Below are positions 25,468 to 38,176 of a DNA stretch of 64,000 nucleotides, one piece after another. Source of the stretch: Octopus bimaculoides (Eukaryota); the NCBI RefSeq assembly GCF_001194135.2, contig NC_068997.1, forward strand, positions 31,763,924 through 31,827,923, in the 5' to 3' direction. Within the stretch, counting starts at the first letter, position 1, and every line of letters begins with the position of its first letter. The translations under genes and the position numbers were made by a program. The notes beneath the pieces were generated by a model. The model was not told the origin of the DNA. It saw only the letters and a program-made list of their open reading frames with translations, and did no database searches.

Positions 25468-26690
25468 TCTATAGTTCTATTGTTCCTTTTTTTTTTCTGT
25501 TTGACCAATTACAAGAAATACATATGTCTTATACAACTGTGAGGTAGAACCGCTTGAGTAGCCAACCAAAAGATTAGGGGTTCACATTCTATCAGCAATA
25601 ACTGTATCATATCCATGACAACACCACTTAACTGATTGTAAACAGTCAACATAATTAACAACCATATGCAGCAGTCATGCTGTAACATTGACAAGTGGAT
25701 TATTGACTTGTAGTTAGTTCTGAGTTCAGCACACATAGATTATGGTCAGAGCAGTTCTTGGCTCTATGCACTTGACCTGTAGCTTCTAAAAGCAAAAGTT
25801 TCAGTAAATTTAGTTTATTTTATGCATTGTTCACTTTCGAACCACATAGATTCAGTTTTAGTCCTGTTGCGTGACACCCTGGGCAAGTGTCTTCTACTAT
25901 AGACTTGGGTCAATCAATGCCTTGTGAGTGAATTTCTTGAACAGAAACTGTGGAAACCCATCGTGTATGTGTGTGTGTGTATATATATATATATGTATAT
26001 ATATATTCAGTCTGCTATAATGAATCCATAAACACATAAAACATCCAAGGGTATATTTTTTCCCTTCTGAAGATATTATGCTCAGGTCATATAAATAACT
26101 TAATATTTACTGAGTATTAATTGAAACAGCTGTAAGTGAAGATGATTAATTTGCTGTTAATAATAAATAATTATTAACTTCCAAATCTCCATTTTTTTTT
26201 ACTTCTTTTATATATATCTATATATATATATATATACTTCCTCTTCTCACCTTCCCAACCTCTCCTATTAACGGCGTTGCCCTGTTGTTTCTCTGTACAA
26301 GATATATGTGTGTGTGTGTGTGTATACCTCTTACCTTTTACTTATTTCAGTCTTAGATTGCAGCCATGCCGGGGCACTGCCTTGGAGAACATTTTAGTTG
26401 AATAAATTGATACCAGACTTTTTTAAGTCTGGTACTTATTCTATTGGTATCTTTTGGTAAACCACTAAGTTATGGGGACATAAACACACTAACACCAGTT
26501 GTCAATTGGTGGTGTGGGACAAACAAACACACACACACAGGCTTCTTTCAGTTTCAGTCTAGCAAATCCACTCAAAAGACTTTGTTCAGTCCAAGACTAT
26601 ATTTGAAAACACTCAGCTAAGGTGCCATACAGTTGGACGGAACCCTGAACCATGTGATTGAGAAGCAAACTTCTTACCACACAGTCATGC

Positions 26691-26725
<35 letters not shown>

Positions 26726-27423
26726 TGTCTGTCTGTCTGTCTTCCACCCACCACAGGATAAATGGTATTGGTTTGTTTACTTTCTTTTAACTTAGCAATT
26801 TGACAAAAAAGACTGATAGAATAAGTACCAGGCTTTATAAAACACACGTGCGCACTTANNNNNNNNNNNNNNNNNNNNNNNNNNNNNNNNNNNNNNNNNN
26901 NNNNNNNNNNNNNNNNNNNNNNNNNNNNNNNNNNNNNNNNNNNNNNNNNNNATATATATATATATATATATACGACAGGCTCCTTTCTGTTTCTGTCTAC
27001 CAAATACACTTACAAGGATTTGGTCAGTCTGAAGCTATAGCAGAAGACACTTGCTCAAGGTACCAAGCAATGGAACTGAAACCAAAACCATGCCTGCACC
27101 TGTTTATAGCGATAAAATAAAATACTTGAATCTTGTGTATTTAATAACTAAATACTGTAAAGGTGAGACACATGTTACAGATTTGGACAACAACAAATCA
27201 TTAGAAATAAACGAATCATCTCTGCTGGATGCCTTTCCCACAGCACACCTCTTTGAATAGAGAATGGTATCTATCTTTAGTATGAGAGACTGAATTATGG
27301 AGTAAGAAAGTAATTACAACAAATCAATAACTATATTGCTAGTTGCAGTGCATCACTTCTAAATTCACAGTTTCTGTACATGATAACATTTGCAATTATT
27401 CTTCTAATACACAAAACACTTAC

Positions 27424-27485
27424 ATCTTTAGATCTTCATAATTCAATACGGACAATTGAAGTATGTTTTCTATTTCACTGAGATC
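27424..27485 (-). CDS. Dynein HC exon j: DLSEIENILQLSVLNYEDLK(I)
   Basis: Acceptor tttttttacctccag, donor gtaagt, 62 nt, phase 0/2; matches the expected LFE..V.DY..L segment. Confidence 0.87.
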
Positions 27486-27689
27486 CTGGAGGTAAAAAAA
27501 TTTAATAAACAAGTTTAGATTATTTACATTATTTATATTTGAACTTCCTGGACAACCTGATATATATGCATAGGCTGGACAGTTGATAACCTAAACTTGT
27601 TTCAGTTCTATATAAAGAGATGAGGAATTATGTACATCATTTACATTATTTATATTTGACGGATATTTGTCCTCAACTTGTTTGTTGTT

Positions 27690-27735
27690 AACTCAACGTT
27701 TTGGCTGATATACCTTCCAGTCTTCATCAGGTGTC
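27690..27735 (-). ncRNA. Hammerhead motif, inverted sister of 27942-27987
   Basis: GACAC-CTGATGA-A-GACTG...CAGCC-AAAA-CG-TT-GAGTT on the minus strand. Confidence 0.55.
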
Positions 27736-27941
27736 TTGGGGAAATTTTGAACCTGGGTTCTCATTCTTAAAGTATTTTTTTGATGTTGTTATTATTAAGG
27801 TCACTGCCTTGAATCGAACTCGGAATCTTGGCGTAAGTAGGTTATATTACTCAAGAAGATCCACGGGCATATGGCATAGTGGTTAAGAGTGCGGGCTACT
27901 AACCCCAAAGGAATGAGAACCCAGGTTCAAAATTTCCCCAA

Positions 27942-27987
27942 GACACCTGATGAAGACTGGAGGGTGTATCAGCCAAAACGTTGTGTT
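27942..27987 (+). ncRNA. Type I hammerhead motif within a tRNA-headed SINE, decayed (G12 to A)
   Basis: GACAC-CTGATGA-A-GACTG...CAGCC-AAAA-CG-TT-GTGTT; palindromic ACGT stem III. Confidence 0.6.
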
Positions 27988-28108
27988 AACAACAAACAAG
28001 TTGAGGACAAATATCCGTCAAATTTAAATAATGTACATAATTCCTCATCTCTTAAATATAGAACTAAAATAAGTTTAGGTTATCAACTGTCCAGCCTATG
28101 CATATATA

Positions 28109-29342
28109 TTAGGTTGTCCAGGAAGTTCTGAGCGTTTTTAAGCTAAATCTTTTAATGCTTCATTGAACACACTTAAAACATAACACAGTTTAGACTTCGG
28201 TGTTGCTTGAAGTGGTAGTGTATCTCCTTTTTGTTCCTGAATAAAAATAGATTTATCTTTCATTCTGTTACCCTTTATTGACATTTGAAATGGATAACCA
28301 AAAATTTCATATTCACGTTATACTTTTTATTTTTCAAAAAAGGAAAAACATTTGTGAAGTTTATGGTGATTATGCTGTAGGTGAATCAACCGTTTGAAGG
28401 TGGTTTGCAAAATTTAAAGCCGGAGAGTTTAGCTTATAAGATGACAGTCACAGTGGAAGACCTTCAAAATTGGATGAAAATTTTTTGAAGGCAAAAATCA
28501 AAGAAAACTCAAATATCCTAACTAGAGAATTTGCAGAGGAGTTGGAAGTTTCTAAAAGTACAGCTCATGAACACCTAGTGAAACTAGGATACATTTCTTA
28601 CTATAAGGTATGTGTCCCTCACAAACTCTCAGAAAAGAATTGCTTGGACCAGTATTTTGTATGTGATATGCTTTTGAAATGGAATGAAAACATACCTTTT
28701 TTGAAACAACTTGTGACTGGAGATGAAAAATGGATTGTGTACGAAAATGTAGTGCAAAAAATATCCTGGAGTTTGCATAAGGATCCCCTAAAATAGCAGC
28801 CAAAGATAAATATCCATGCCAAAAAAGCTATGCTTTGTGTTTGGTGGGATCATAAAGGCATTATCATGAGCTTCTCCCATAAAACCAGACTATTAACTCT
28901 GATGTGTACTGTCATCAGCTGGCTAATTTGAACCAAAAAAAATCAAAGAACAGAGACCAGAGATTTCCAACAGGAAAGGGGTAGTGTTCCAACAAGACAA
29001 TGCCCGACCACATGTGTCTTTGGCTATCCAAATTAAGTTACATGGACTTGGCTGGAATCTCTTATCGCATCTACCATATTTACCATCCAAATACCACTTG
29101 ATTTTGTCTCTACAGAATTTATTGCAAGGAAAAACATTTAACAATGTAGATGGAGTCAACATGCATTTGAATGACTTTTTTTCTTCAAAACCAGTCAAAT
29201 TTTATGCTGATGGAATATTTAGATGGGCAAAGGTCATTCATAATAATAGAAATTATTTCATTGGATAAAATTTATTGGAAGGTCAATTATTTATATTCCT
29301 TTTTGCATATTAAAATCATTCAGAACTTTCCGGATAACCTAA
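28109..29342 (+). mobile_element. Full-length decayed mariner transposon (DD34D)
   Basis: TA-flanked imperfect TIRs TTAGGTTGTCCAGGAAGTTCTGA / TTAGGTTATCCGGAAAGTTCTGA. Transposase relic from ATG 28290 to 29268 with SGRP, VPHKL, TGDEKWIVY, QQDNARPH and degraded YSPDL motifs; contains stops and frameshifts. Confidence 0.93.
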
Positions 29343-29999
29343 TATATATATATATATATATATATACTCTTTTACTCTTTTACTTGTTTCAGTCATTTGA
29401 CTGCGGCCATGCTGGAGCACCGCCTTTAGTCGAGGAAATCGACCCCAGGACTTATTCTTTGTAAGCCTAGTACTTATTCTATCGGTCTCTTTTTGCCGAA
29501 CTGCTAAGTTACGGGGACATAAACACACCAGCATCGGTTGTCAAGCGATGGTGGGGGGACAAACACAGACACACAAACACACATACATATATATACATAT
29601 ATACGACGGGCTTTTCTTAGTTTCCGTCTACCAAATCNNNNNNNNNNNNNNNNNNNNNNNNNNNNNNNNNNNNNNNNNNNNNNNNNNNNNNNNNNNNNNN
29701 NNNNNNNNNNNNNNNNNNNNNNNNNNNNNNNNNNNNNNNNNNNNNNNNNNNNNNNNNNNNNNNNNNNNNNNNNNNNNNNNNNNNNNNNNNNNNNNNNNNN
29801 NNNNNNNNNNNNNNNNNNNNNNNNNNNNNNNNNNNNNNNNNNNNNNNNNNNNNNNNNNNNNNNNNNNNNNNNNNNNNNNNNACACACATATAAGCACATA
29901 CAACTACTGACACAAGCATAGACATCCATAACTTATATACATATCCTTTCACAATAATTACACACACACATACAACACACACATGTCTGGAGCAAGGAA

Positions 30000-30988
30000 G
30001 GGAAGAAATAATGTTTGTATTTGTGTTCTGATGGTGAGAGGTAATGGCTGGGAGATGTTTTTAATATATTTTGGCTGTGGGTGTTTTTGTTGTTAGTTTA
30101 TTCATTCCAGTTGCTGAATGCAGTGTTCTTGGAAAGGAGTCCAGTAGATGAGCTGTTAAGGGACAATAGCACAGCTTTTCACAGAGGGAGATACTGAAAA
30201 GATGGAACATATGATATTTCTGCATACAGGCCCAGTGGAAATGGGATTGTGGAACAACGCTATCACACAATCAAAGCCATTGCTGAGAGGGGACAAATCT
30301 CCTCCATGAAGGCAGTCTTTTGGTACAACATTGACTGAAGAGTCAATCCTGCAAAGAGCTATATTCCAGTACGAATGGAGAGACCCAAGAATGGTACTGC
30401 AGCAGCCAAAAGTAGAAGAGGTTGCATCTATTCAGATCAATGCACAATGCAGTGATCAGAAAGGAAGGGTGACCGCAGTTAGTACCCAGAATAATATATT
30501 GGTGGATGGAATGCCATGTCACATGTTGGACATTTGGAGGGTTGTTAGTCTTCTGATGACAAAGGAGAGGGAAAAACCGGCCCCGTGACCCTGCAAAGGT
30601 TACAAAGAGAACATCACCCACATAGGCGGATTGGCAATTTCAAAATGGAATAGGAGAGCAGTGATCTTTAGATCAAGGTGGGGTGGAGGAATGAAGGGAG
30701 GCAGGGAGGGAAAAATAATGACAGGACCAGAAGTGAGGGGAAGTGATGTCACATCAAGAAGTGGGGTGTGACGTCACATCAAGAAGCCTCTTTCTTTGCC
30801 AGGGCATTGAGCACAACAGATATGTTGAGGCAATCATTTTAGGGGAGTAGTCCTTTCTGGCTAGAAGCTCATGCACAGTGCTTGTATGAGTATGACTGTT
30901 GAATTCTGCTGGTTCTGGTGACCTGAAGTTTGGATATACCGTTGTTGATTGCATGTCAAAGTTAGAGCAACCTTATTTGTGCCTTACA
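30000..30988 (+). mobile_element. Ty3/Gypsy relic: integrase core plus 3' LTR
   Basis: PVDELLRDNSTAF...AYRPSGNGIVEQRYHTIKAIAERG...AVFWYN, followed by an LTR-like segment ending ...GTGCCTTACA. Confidence 0.8.
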
Positions 30989-31039
30989 ATTACAATCTGT
31001 ACACACTAGTGATCTAAATAATATCAGGATTCATTGAAT

Positions 31040-31560
31040 CTGAGCAGGAGTGGAGTTCTCACATACATGATGTTAGCATCAAAGCTGCTTTTTTTAAATG
31101 AGGGCTGGGACATACAGCATTGGTGCCTGCACCCTACGTTGTGTACTTTGCTGGGTTGGCCATGTGATTTGGATGTTGAGTAACTAGCTCCCAAAAATGG
31201 TCCTCTCAGCAAGATCAAGGCTAGAGTTAGGCCTCGTGGACATTCAAAATTTCATTTTAATGATCATCTAAAACATTTTCTCATTTTATGCAGTATCCCT
31301 CTCAATCAGTTGGAGACTCCAGCTGTTAATCAGATGGCATGGAAATCCATGTGTGATGCTGGAGTAGGATACTTTGAAATTGAATGCAGGAAACTGCACA
31401 AAGAGAGGAAGAGACATTGTCATCAATCCTTAGTGGCTTTTGTTCAGGGTCTCTTTCAGGCCCTCAGTGTCACAGGATCTGCCTATCTCATAAGGGCCTT
31501 GTCAGCCATGTCCACTCCCATGAGAAACAATGTGTTGGAGGTGGGGTGGGGGTGAATGAA
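31040..31560 (+). mobile_element. RTE/BovB-like LINE 3' ORF relic
   Basis: WVGHVIWM..N.LPK, W....DAGVGYFE...KERKR, and terminal C2H2-like CHRICLSHKGLVSHVHSH. Confidence 0.72.
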
Positions 31561-32318
31561 TGTCTTGGATCAATGCTGTCATCAACTTTGAAGAGCCATC
31601 ATAAGCAAGGTAAAGATTAAAAAACAAAAACTTTAATTCACTGATATATTTTAAATGTAGAGTCCCTGCATATTGGTGGATTAAGGAGGAAAGTATAATT
31701 ATTATAAAAAGAGTAAATAATACTAATTTGTTGGGCCTTAAAAAAAACCTTTTAATGAAGGAAATGAAAGCGTATCTTGAAAGTCATTTTTCTGTGTAGC
31801 TTCCAAGTAACAAAGACTAACTAGAGCACAAATTAAGCCCAGAGACAAGTGAAAACACTTATGCGTGTTCAACTTAACTGAGCATTAAAACTGAGTAGGT
31901 GAAAGTAACATGACCACAGGTGAAAATCAAACTCCATTCACAAACTAGACCAATAATCATTACAACCTGTCAACAAATGTCATCCAAATGCTTATGATTT
32001 TAATACTGGATTAACTATATTTCATCAAAATCTCTGGTTTCTAACAGGAATGGAAAATATAGAGAATGTTTTTCAGGACTTAATACTCATTGTAATAAAG
32101 GCGGTGAGCTGGCAAAATCATTACCATACTGGATAAAATGCTTAGTGGCCTTATTCTGGTGCTTTATGATCTAAGTTCAAATGCTGCCAGAGTCAACTTT
32201 GCTTTTCATCTATTTGGGGTTGATAAAACAAATATCAGTCAAGCATTGGGGTCAATGTAATTGACTTGGCCTCCTCTTAAAAATAACTGACCTTATGCCA
32301 AAATTGGAAAGAACTAAC

Positions 32319-32474
32319 CTGGGATTCCTCTTCTAATGTAGCAAGTCTTGAAGTGAACTCTTCAATTAAAACAAAACCTTGGTCAATTTCAAATTGTTTG
32401 ACTTTTCTAGTCTTGTAAAACTCTTCCATATCAAACTGGAGTTTGGTAAGTTCTCTGTTGAAACTATGAAGTTT
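32319..32474 (-). CDS. Dynein HC exon i: KLHSFNRELTKLQFDMEEFYK...LATLEEESQ
   Basis: Acceptor ttttgttattttcacag, donor gttagt, 156 nt, phase 0/0. Confidence 0.87.
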
Positions 32475-32489
32475 CTGTGAAAATAACAA

Positions 32490-32880
32490 AATTAACAATT
32501 ATTACAGTATGCAAGTTCATGGGCCACAATTTGCAACAGTCACTAAATTATACAAGTTTATGGAGCCATAATTAATGACAATAACTGAAAGTTTATGAGC
32601 TGTAATTAATGGCAACTACTACAAATTTATGATAGGCTATAGTTAACGAATAGTTACTAAAATATACAATTAATCAATGACAGTTACTCCATTATACAAG
32701 TTTATGGGCCATAATTAATGTCAATTACTGTAATATGCAGATTTAAGGGTTATAGTACACTGTAATATATAGATATATAAAACTGTATATATAGAATTAT
32801 GATGATTGCTGCCTTATACAAGTTTATTGGTTGTAATTAATGATAGTTACTACCAGTAGCGGCTTGTAGTTAAAATTAGT
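32490..32880. repeat. Degenerate ~40-bp minisatellite
   Basis: Recurring TATACAAGTTTATGGG.C.TAATTAATGAC..TTACT units. Confidence 0.6.
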
Positions 32881-33862
32881 TGTGGTGCTGCTTCAAAAAA
32901 TTATTAGCCGTTGTTTTAATATTGTGTAGAAGGAAACAAACATATAAAAAGAAAATTTATACATAAACTTGATTGGTTCACGCTTTAGCCACTATGGGGT
33001 AGTGTGTTTAATTTGTTCACTGAACACCACCACAAATTCCCCCTTGTTTTACAAAAATCTTCCCTAAATGTGCCTTATTTTTCAAATCCTGGCAGCAATG
33101 CTGAAGCTGGAAGCAGGATGATAATCTAATTCTACACTTTATCACATTCAAGAATACAAACACGTTTTTAAGCACAACAAACGCAGAGTTAAAAAGAAAC
33201 ACTACCTTTCACCCAGCATTGTTGTTCACACAATGCTTTCTCTCCCTTGTGTGAAGCTTTCTATCTCGGACATGTGAGCGTGCACACAACAGCCAAACAC
33301 CGCGTCACCAGAACTATGAAACGCACAGTTCTATACAAGGATTTTTGTATTTTTTTCATAAACTAGTGGATGGCTACTGACATTAAGCTTAAGGATTATA
33401 TAATGTACAAGTATAAAGACAGAATTAAAGAAAAAAGATCTCATTATATTGAATGTTATCGATAATATAGAGTGGAAATAGCTCCTATACACAAGCTGCC
33501 ACTGGTTACTATAATATACAAGTTCATGGGTCAGGATTAACCTCTCATTCTTTGACACATTTTTCTAATTGTAGAAGATATTTTTGTTGTATGATTACAA
33601 CCAGCCTTCCTTCCAATCATACCCCCAGTGTCTTAGATAAGAAAAGGATTAATTAAATACCTTTACCATTTAAAGAACTGGAATGCTTTTGATCGTAAGC
33701 CTACTCAATCAAGATTGACCTGGGGCTAAACAACAAGAACTATCCCCAAGCTGAGTCAATGAGAGAAACTCTGTGCAATAACTTAAAGTGGAAGAAATTG
33801 TAGCCAAATTTTCCTAAAATTACATTCCACCATGTGCATGTGTGTTTGTGTGTGTGTGTGTG

Positions 33863-33904
<42 letters not shown>

Positions 33905-34375
33905 TGCAGACACAAATTCCTTGTGGTTTTCAGTCATATCCCTTTATGTTCTAAGTTCAAATCTTAGCCAAATCCGCTATGTGATTAATCCTTTTAAGGT
34001 TTGTAAAATAAGAACCAAACAATAAAATAATAAATGGGTCAAGTTTTGTACCTTTCCATCAACTGATACTAGTAAAAGCATAAAAGAATAGGAATGGTCA
34101 ACCAATGATATTTTCTTTGTCCTTGTATAATTTATTTTGATTTTAGAGGTTATATCAAGAAGTCATTTTGTGGTCTGGGTTCATCCTCAACGTGTGACAT
34201 CTGGAGCAAGGATCTTCATTGCATTATGGAAACTCTAATGAAAGCCATTAGCTGATCTATACGTGACTATTTCTGTTCTTAAGTGGCAGACTTGGTTCGA
34301 TACTTTAGCATTCAGATTACTCTGTCAAATGTAATGTATTTATTGCCACCATTAGTCTGCAGCACACATTCAGAC

Positions 34376-34755
34376 CTGTGGAGGTGCAATGGCCCAATGG
34401 TTAGGGCAGCGGACTCGTGGTCAAAGGATCACGGTTTCAATTCCCAGACCGGGTGTTGTGAGTTTATTGAGCAAAAACACCTAAAGCTCCACGAGGCTCC
34501 GACAGAGGACAGTGGCGAACCCTGCTGTACTCTTTCACCACAACTTTCTCTCATTCTTCCTGTTTCTGTTGTACCTGTAATTCAAAGGGTCAGCCATGTC
34601 ACACTGTGTTACGCTGAATATCCCCAAGAACTATGTTAAGGGTACGTGTGTCTGTGGAGTGCTCAGCCACTTGCACGTTAGTTTCATGAGCAGGCTGTTC
34701 CGTTAATCGGATCAACTGGAACCCTTGATGTCGTAAGTGACGGAGTGCCAACAAC
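34376..34755 (+). mobile_element. tRNA-headed SINE of a further family
   Basis: TGGCCCAATGG A box, degenerate B box, non-tRNA body, CAA tail. Confidence 0.65.
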
Positions 34756-36314
34756 ATTCAGACCATGTTTCCACTATGTGGATAACTTCTTTCCTCCTCC
34801 CACCAGTCTTGGAAACTCTCAGAGAGTTACCAGTGCTGTCCATCCTCTTTTGACTAAGCCAAAAAAACAAATCCCCCCAAAATATATCAAGTTTCTATTG
34901 ACAGGTTTTCTTCTAGATGAGATAATGACTATTACCATCATTATTATTTAGCATCCATATTCCATGCAGGCAGAATCTGGATTGTTAGACAGGGTCCAAC
35001 AGGTCAGAGAATGGTGTTGAGCTCTAATATCAGTTTTGGTATAGTTTCTATGGCTAGATATCCTTACTAATACCAACCTCATTGCAGAGTGTACTGAGTA
35101 CTTTCTTGTGTCACCAGCACTAGTAAGGTCACCAAGCAGGTTACAAGCTGAGACCCTTTGACTGGGGTGGGTATAGTATTGAAGGAGGTGACTTTATACC
35201 AGGTGTTGAGAGGCAACAGTATGATAGAGGGATAGGAACAGGTGTCTTGCAGCAGAGGAGATGCATGGGCATCTGAACCGGAAAAGGAAAGAGATAGAAA
35301 ATGGTGATGATGAGGTGTCAGGACATACCCTCAAGGTACAAGAGGATGAATGTGGAGGAGATGGGGACAGAGAAATAGGTGAGGTGGCATGGGGTAGAAG
35401 ATCAATTAAGTTTGCAAGAGTGTGAAGTGAACAACAGATGGTCAGACATAGATAATATAAATATAAGTGATAAAATAAGTAGCAAACAGTGGCGGGAGCA
35501 GAAGCACAATCAAAGTTCAAGGGCTGCAAATTATCAGAGTTGGTAATGCATTGTATAGAATGTTTCATGGCATTTGTTTCAACACTCTACAATCCATGTT
35601 TAAATCTAACCCATGTCAACTTTGTCTCATATCCTTTGGAAGGTTAAATTAAATACCAGTCCAAAGCTTGGATCTATTCTCTCTCTCTCTCTTCCTCCCT
35701 CTCTCTGGAAGAAACTGCCCAACACTCAGAGCTGGAGAGGAATAGGCTTCGTATTTAAAATATCCAACATTCACTTTATATATTGAGGGTACCTCTACAA
35801 TTCCATTCTGAGTAGAAGACCCAAGGAAGGAAAAAAAAACACTGGTATACCTTGTGTAAAGTGTCTATTTATGTAAATAGTATAGAAAACATCAGAGTAT
35901 AACAACAACTGGGAGAGTTAAGTTTTGCCACAACCATTACATCTAAATTTTTTCTTCTTTCTGCTATAGACACAAGGCCTAAAATTTTGGGGAAGCAGGC
36001 AAGTCAGCGACATCAAACCAAGGGCTCAACTGGTTCTTATTTTATCAACCCCCAAAAAGATGAAAATCAAAGTCAGCCTTGGTAGAATCAGAACTCAGAA
36101 CATAAAGCTAGAAGAAATGCCACTAAGCATTTTGTCTGGCATGCCAACAATTCTGCCAGTTTACAGCCTTTATTGAATCTAAATCAAGAGAATTGTCTTT
36201 TCTCTTGAATATTAATCATAAATTTCAAAGGAAAATTTACAAGCATCAGGAATTAAGTAGTGAAATATGAAACCAAAATTATAACTGTATCACTTGGACA
36301 ATATCAAAAGTTAC

Positions 36315-36527
36315 CTCTTTTATATTTAATGATTCTCCAAGAATTATTGGTTCTAGGTTCTGCTTGGCCTGGGAAACCTTTGATTTAATATTGTTCCATC
36401 TTAGTGGGATATTTTCATATAAGGAAATAGATTCTGGTGGAAGCTGTTGTTCATAGTTTCCAAGGATTTCCATAGTTTTCTTTACTATACCAAAGTCTCC
36501 ATGCATCTTGGATTGAGTTAAGGAAAG
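36315..36527 (-). CDS. Dynein HC exon h: LSLTQSKMHGDFGIVKKTMEILGNYEQQLP...RWNNIKSK...LNIKE
   Basis: Acceptor ttctttctttgacag, donor gtaact, 213 nt, phase 0/0; F..LK.T..LL..Y...LP and P..W motifs. Confidence 0.92.
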
Positions 36528-36747
36528 CTGTCAAAGAAAGAACAAGTTGCACATTTATTTATTCATTTATTTATTTATTGTCATTCAGTTATTTCCTGCT
36601 GGTGTATAATATGATATTTAGAATTTGGGATAATATATTGCGTTACTGGAATAAGTTTTAATTCATTTAGCTATTTTCCCTAACAGCATAAATGCTTCAA
36701 ATACTGAAATATATATTTTCAACAAGAACATAGCTATATCTATCTAT

Positions 36748-36807
<60 letters not shown>

Positions 36808-37912
36808 ATATATACACACATATGTATGTATGTATGTATGTATGCATGTATGTATGCATGTATGTATGTGTGAGTGTGTGTATATATGTATCTGTATATG
36901 TGTGTGTGTGTGTGTGTGTACTGTAAACAAAGTGAAAATATAATAAAATATTGACAGATATCATTGGTTTTCTCGGTATAAGTTTGATACTTTAAATATT
37001 TGCTTTCCATGCTGATAAATGGTTGGAAACAAATATTTGCTTCCCATGCTCATAAATTATGAGAAATAAAGCTAATAACGAAAAAAGTGTTGTTGTTGGA
37101 AAACTGGGAATCAGAACAGTGGTAGGTCTCCATTCAGATAGCATTCCATTTATCAAATATCTTTAATCTTTTACTTGTGAAGTGCCAGACTCGGTTTTTT
37201 CAAAGCTTTTAGTGTTTCGCTACTGTTTAATTTTCATGAAAGGGTTTCAACAATTTAGCAGGAATTCATTAGTTTTATGAATCAGTAACTTCTGGAAGCC
37301 CTTCTTGACATAAAAATAGCATTGATACAACACAAAGTTCAAAAATAAATTTATCTTGGATTTGTGTAGGCATGGCTGTATGATTAACTAGTTTACATAT
37401 CAAACAGTAGTCTTAGGTTCAATTCCAATGTGCCGCACATTGGGAAAGTGTCTTCTATCATAGAATTGTATCAACCAATGCTGTATAAGTGAATATAAGC
37501 TGACGAAACTGTACAAAAGATCATTAAATAAATGCATGCACACACTTGCATACGCACATACAAGAAAAAGAGAGACACAGACATACAGACAGATCTGCAA
37601 AACACATGCAATATCTAATACAAACTCAATGCTTTTAACATGTCTTTTTTTACATTGTTAAAGCCATTGTATCTTGTATTAGTCATGAAGTCCTCTCCAT
37701 TCTTTTATTTTTTTACTTGTTTCAGCCATTTGACTGCAGCCATGCTGGAGCACTGCCTTAAAGGATTTTATTCAAATAAATTGCCTTCAGGACTTATTCC
37801 TTGTAAGCCTAGTACTTATTCTATCATTTTACTTTTGCCAAACCACTAAGTTACAGGGACAGAAACACACCACCATTGGCTGTCAAGCAATGGCAGGTGG
37901 GGGACAAACACA

Positions 37913-37965
<53 letters not shown>

Positions 37966-38176
37966 GTACACACAATGAGCTTATCATTTCTTTAATAACA
38001 ATAGTTACTTTTAATTTCCTCAAGCCTTTGATCTTGAATTTAACACTAATTTTATCTATAAGACCTTCCACTGATTCTAAAAACAAACTCTAAAATTATT
38101 AATCTTTTCAGCTTCCTTATATTTTGTTCCCTTCATCATCAACAGCCTTTAGTCCCCTATTGTGAATAACACTTAA

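Larger units (their letters stand above)
27507..28078. mobile_element. Inverted (divergent) pair of tRNA-headed, hammerhead-containing SINE-like elements with a 12-bp TSD
   Basis: A box TGGCATAGTGG at 27872-27882; B box GTTCGATTC on minus at 27811-27819; arms are mutual reverse complements. Direct repeats AAACAAGTTTAG (27507-27518) and AAATAAGTTTAG (28067-28078). Confidence 0.75.

Noticed and set aside
25509-25736. 75-aa minus-strand ORF as a possible exon
   Set aside because: No dynein motif, and the neighbouring exons already join in frame without it.
27865-27907. tRNA-like sequence (also 34380-34450 and 61810-61875)
   Set aside because: No complete cloverleaf or acceptor stem; continues into SINE bodies, so these are SINE heads rather than tRNA genes.
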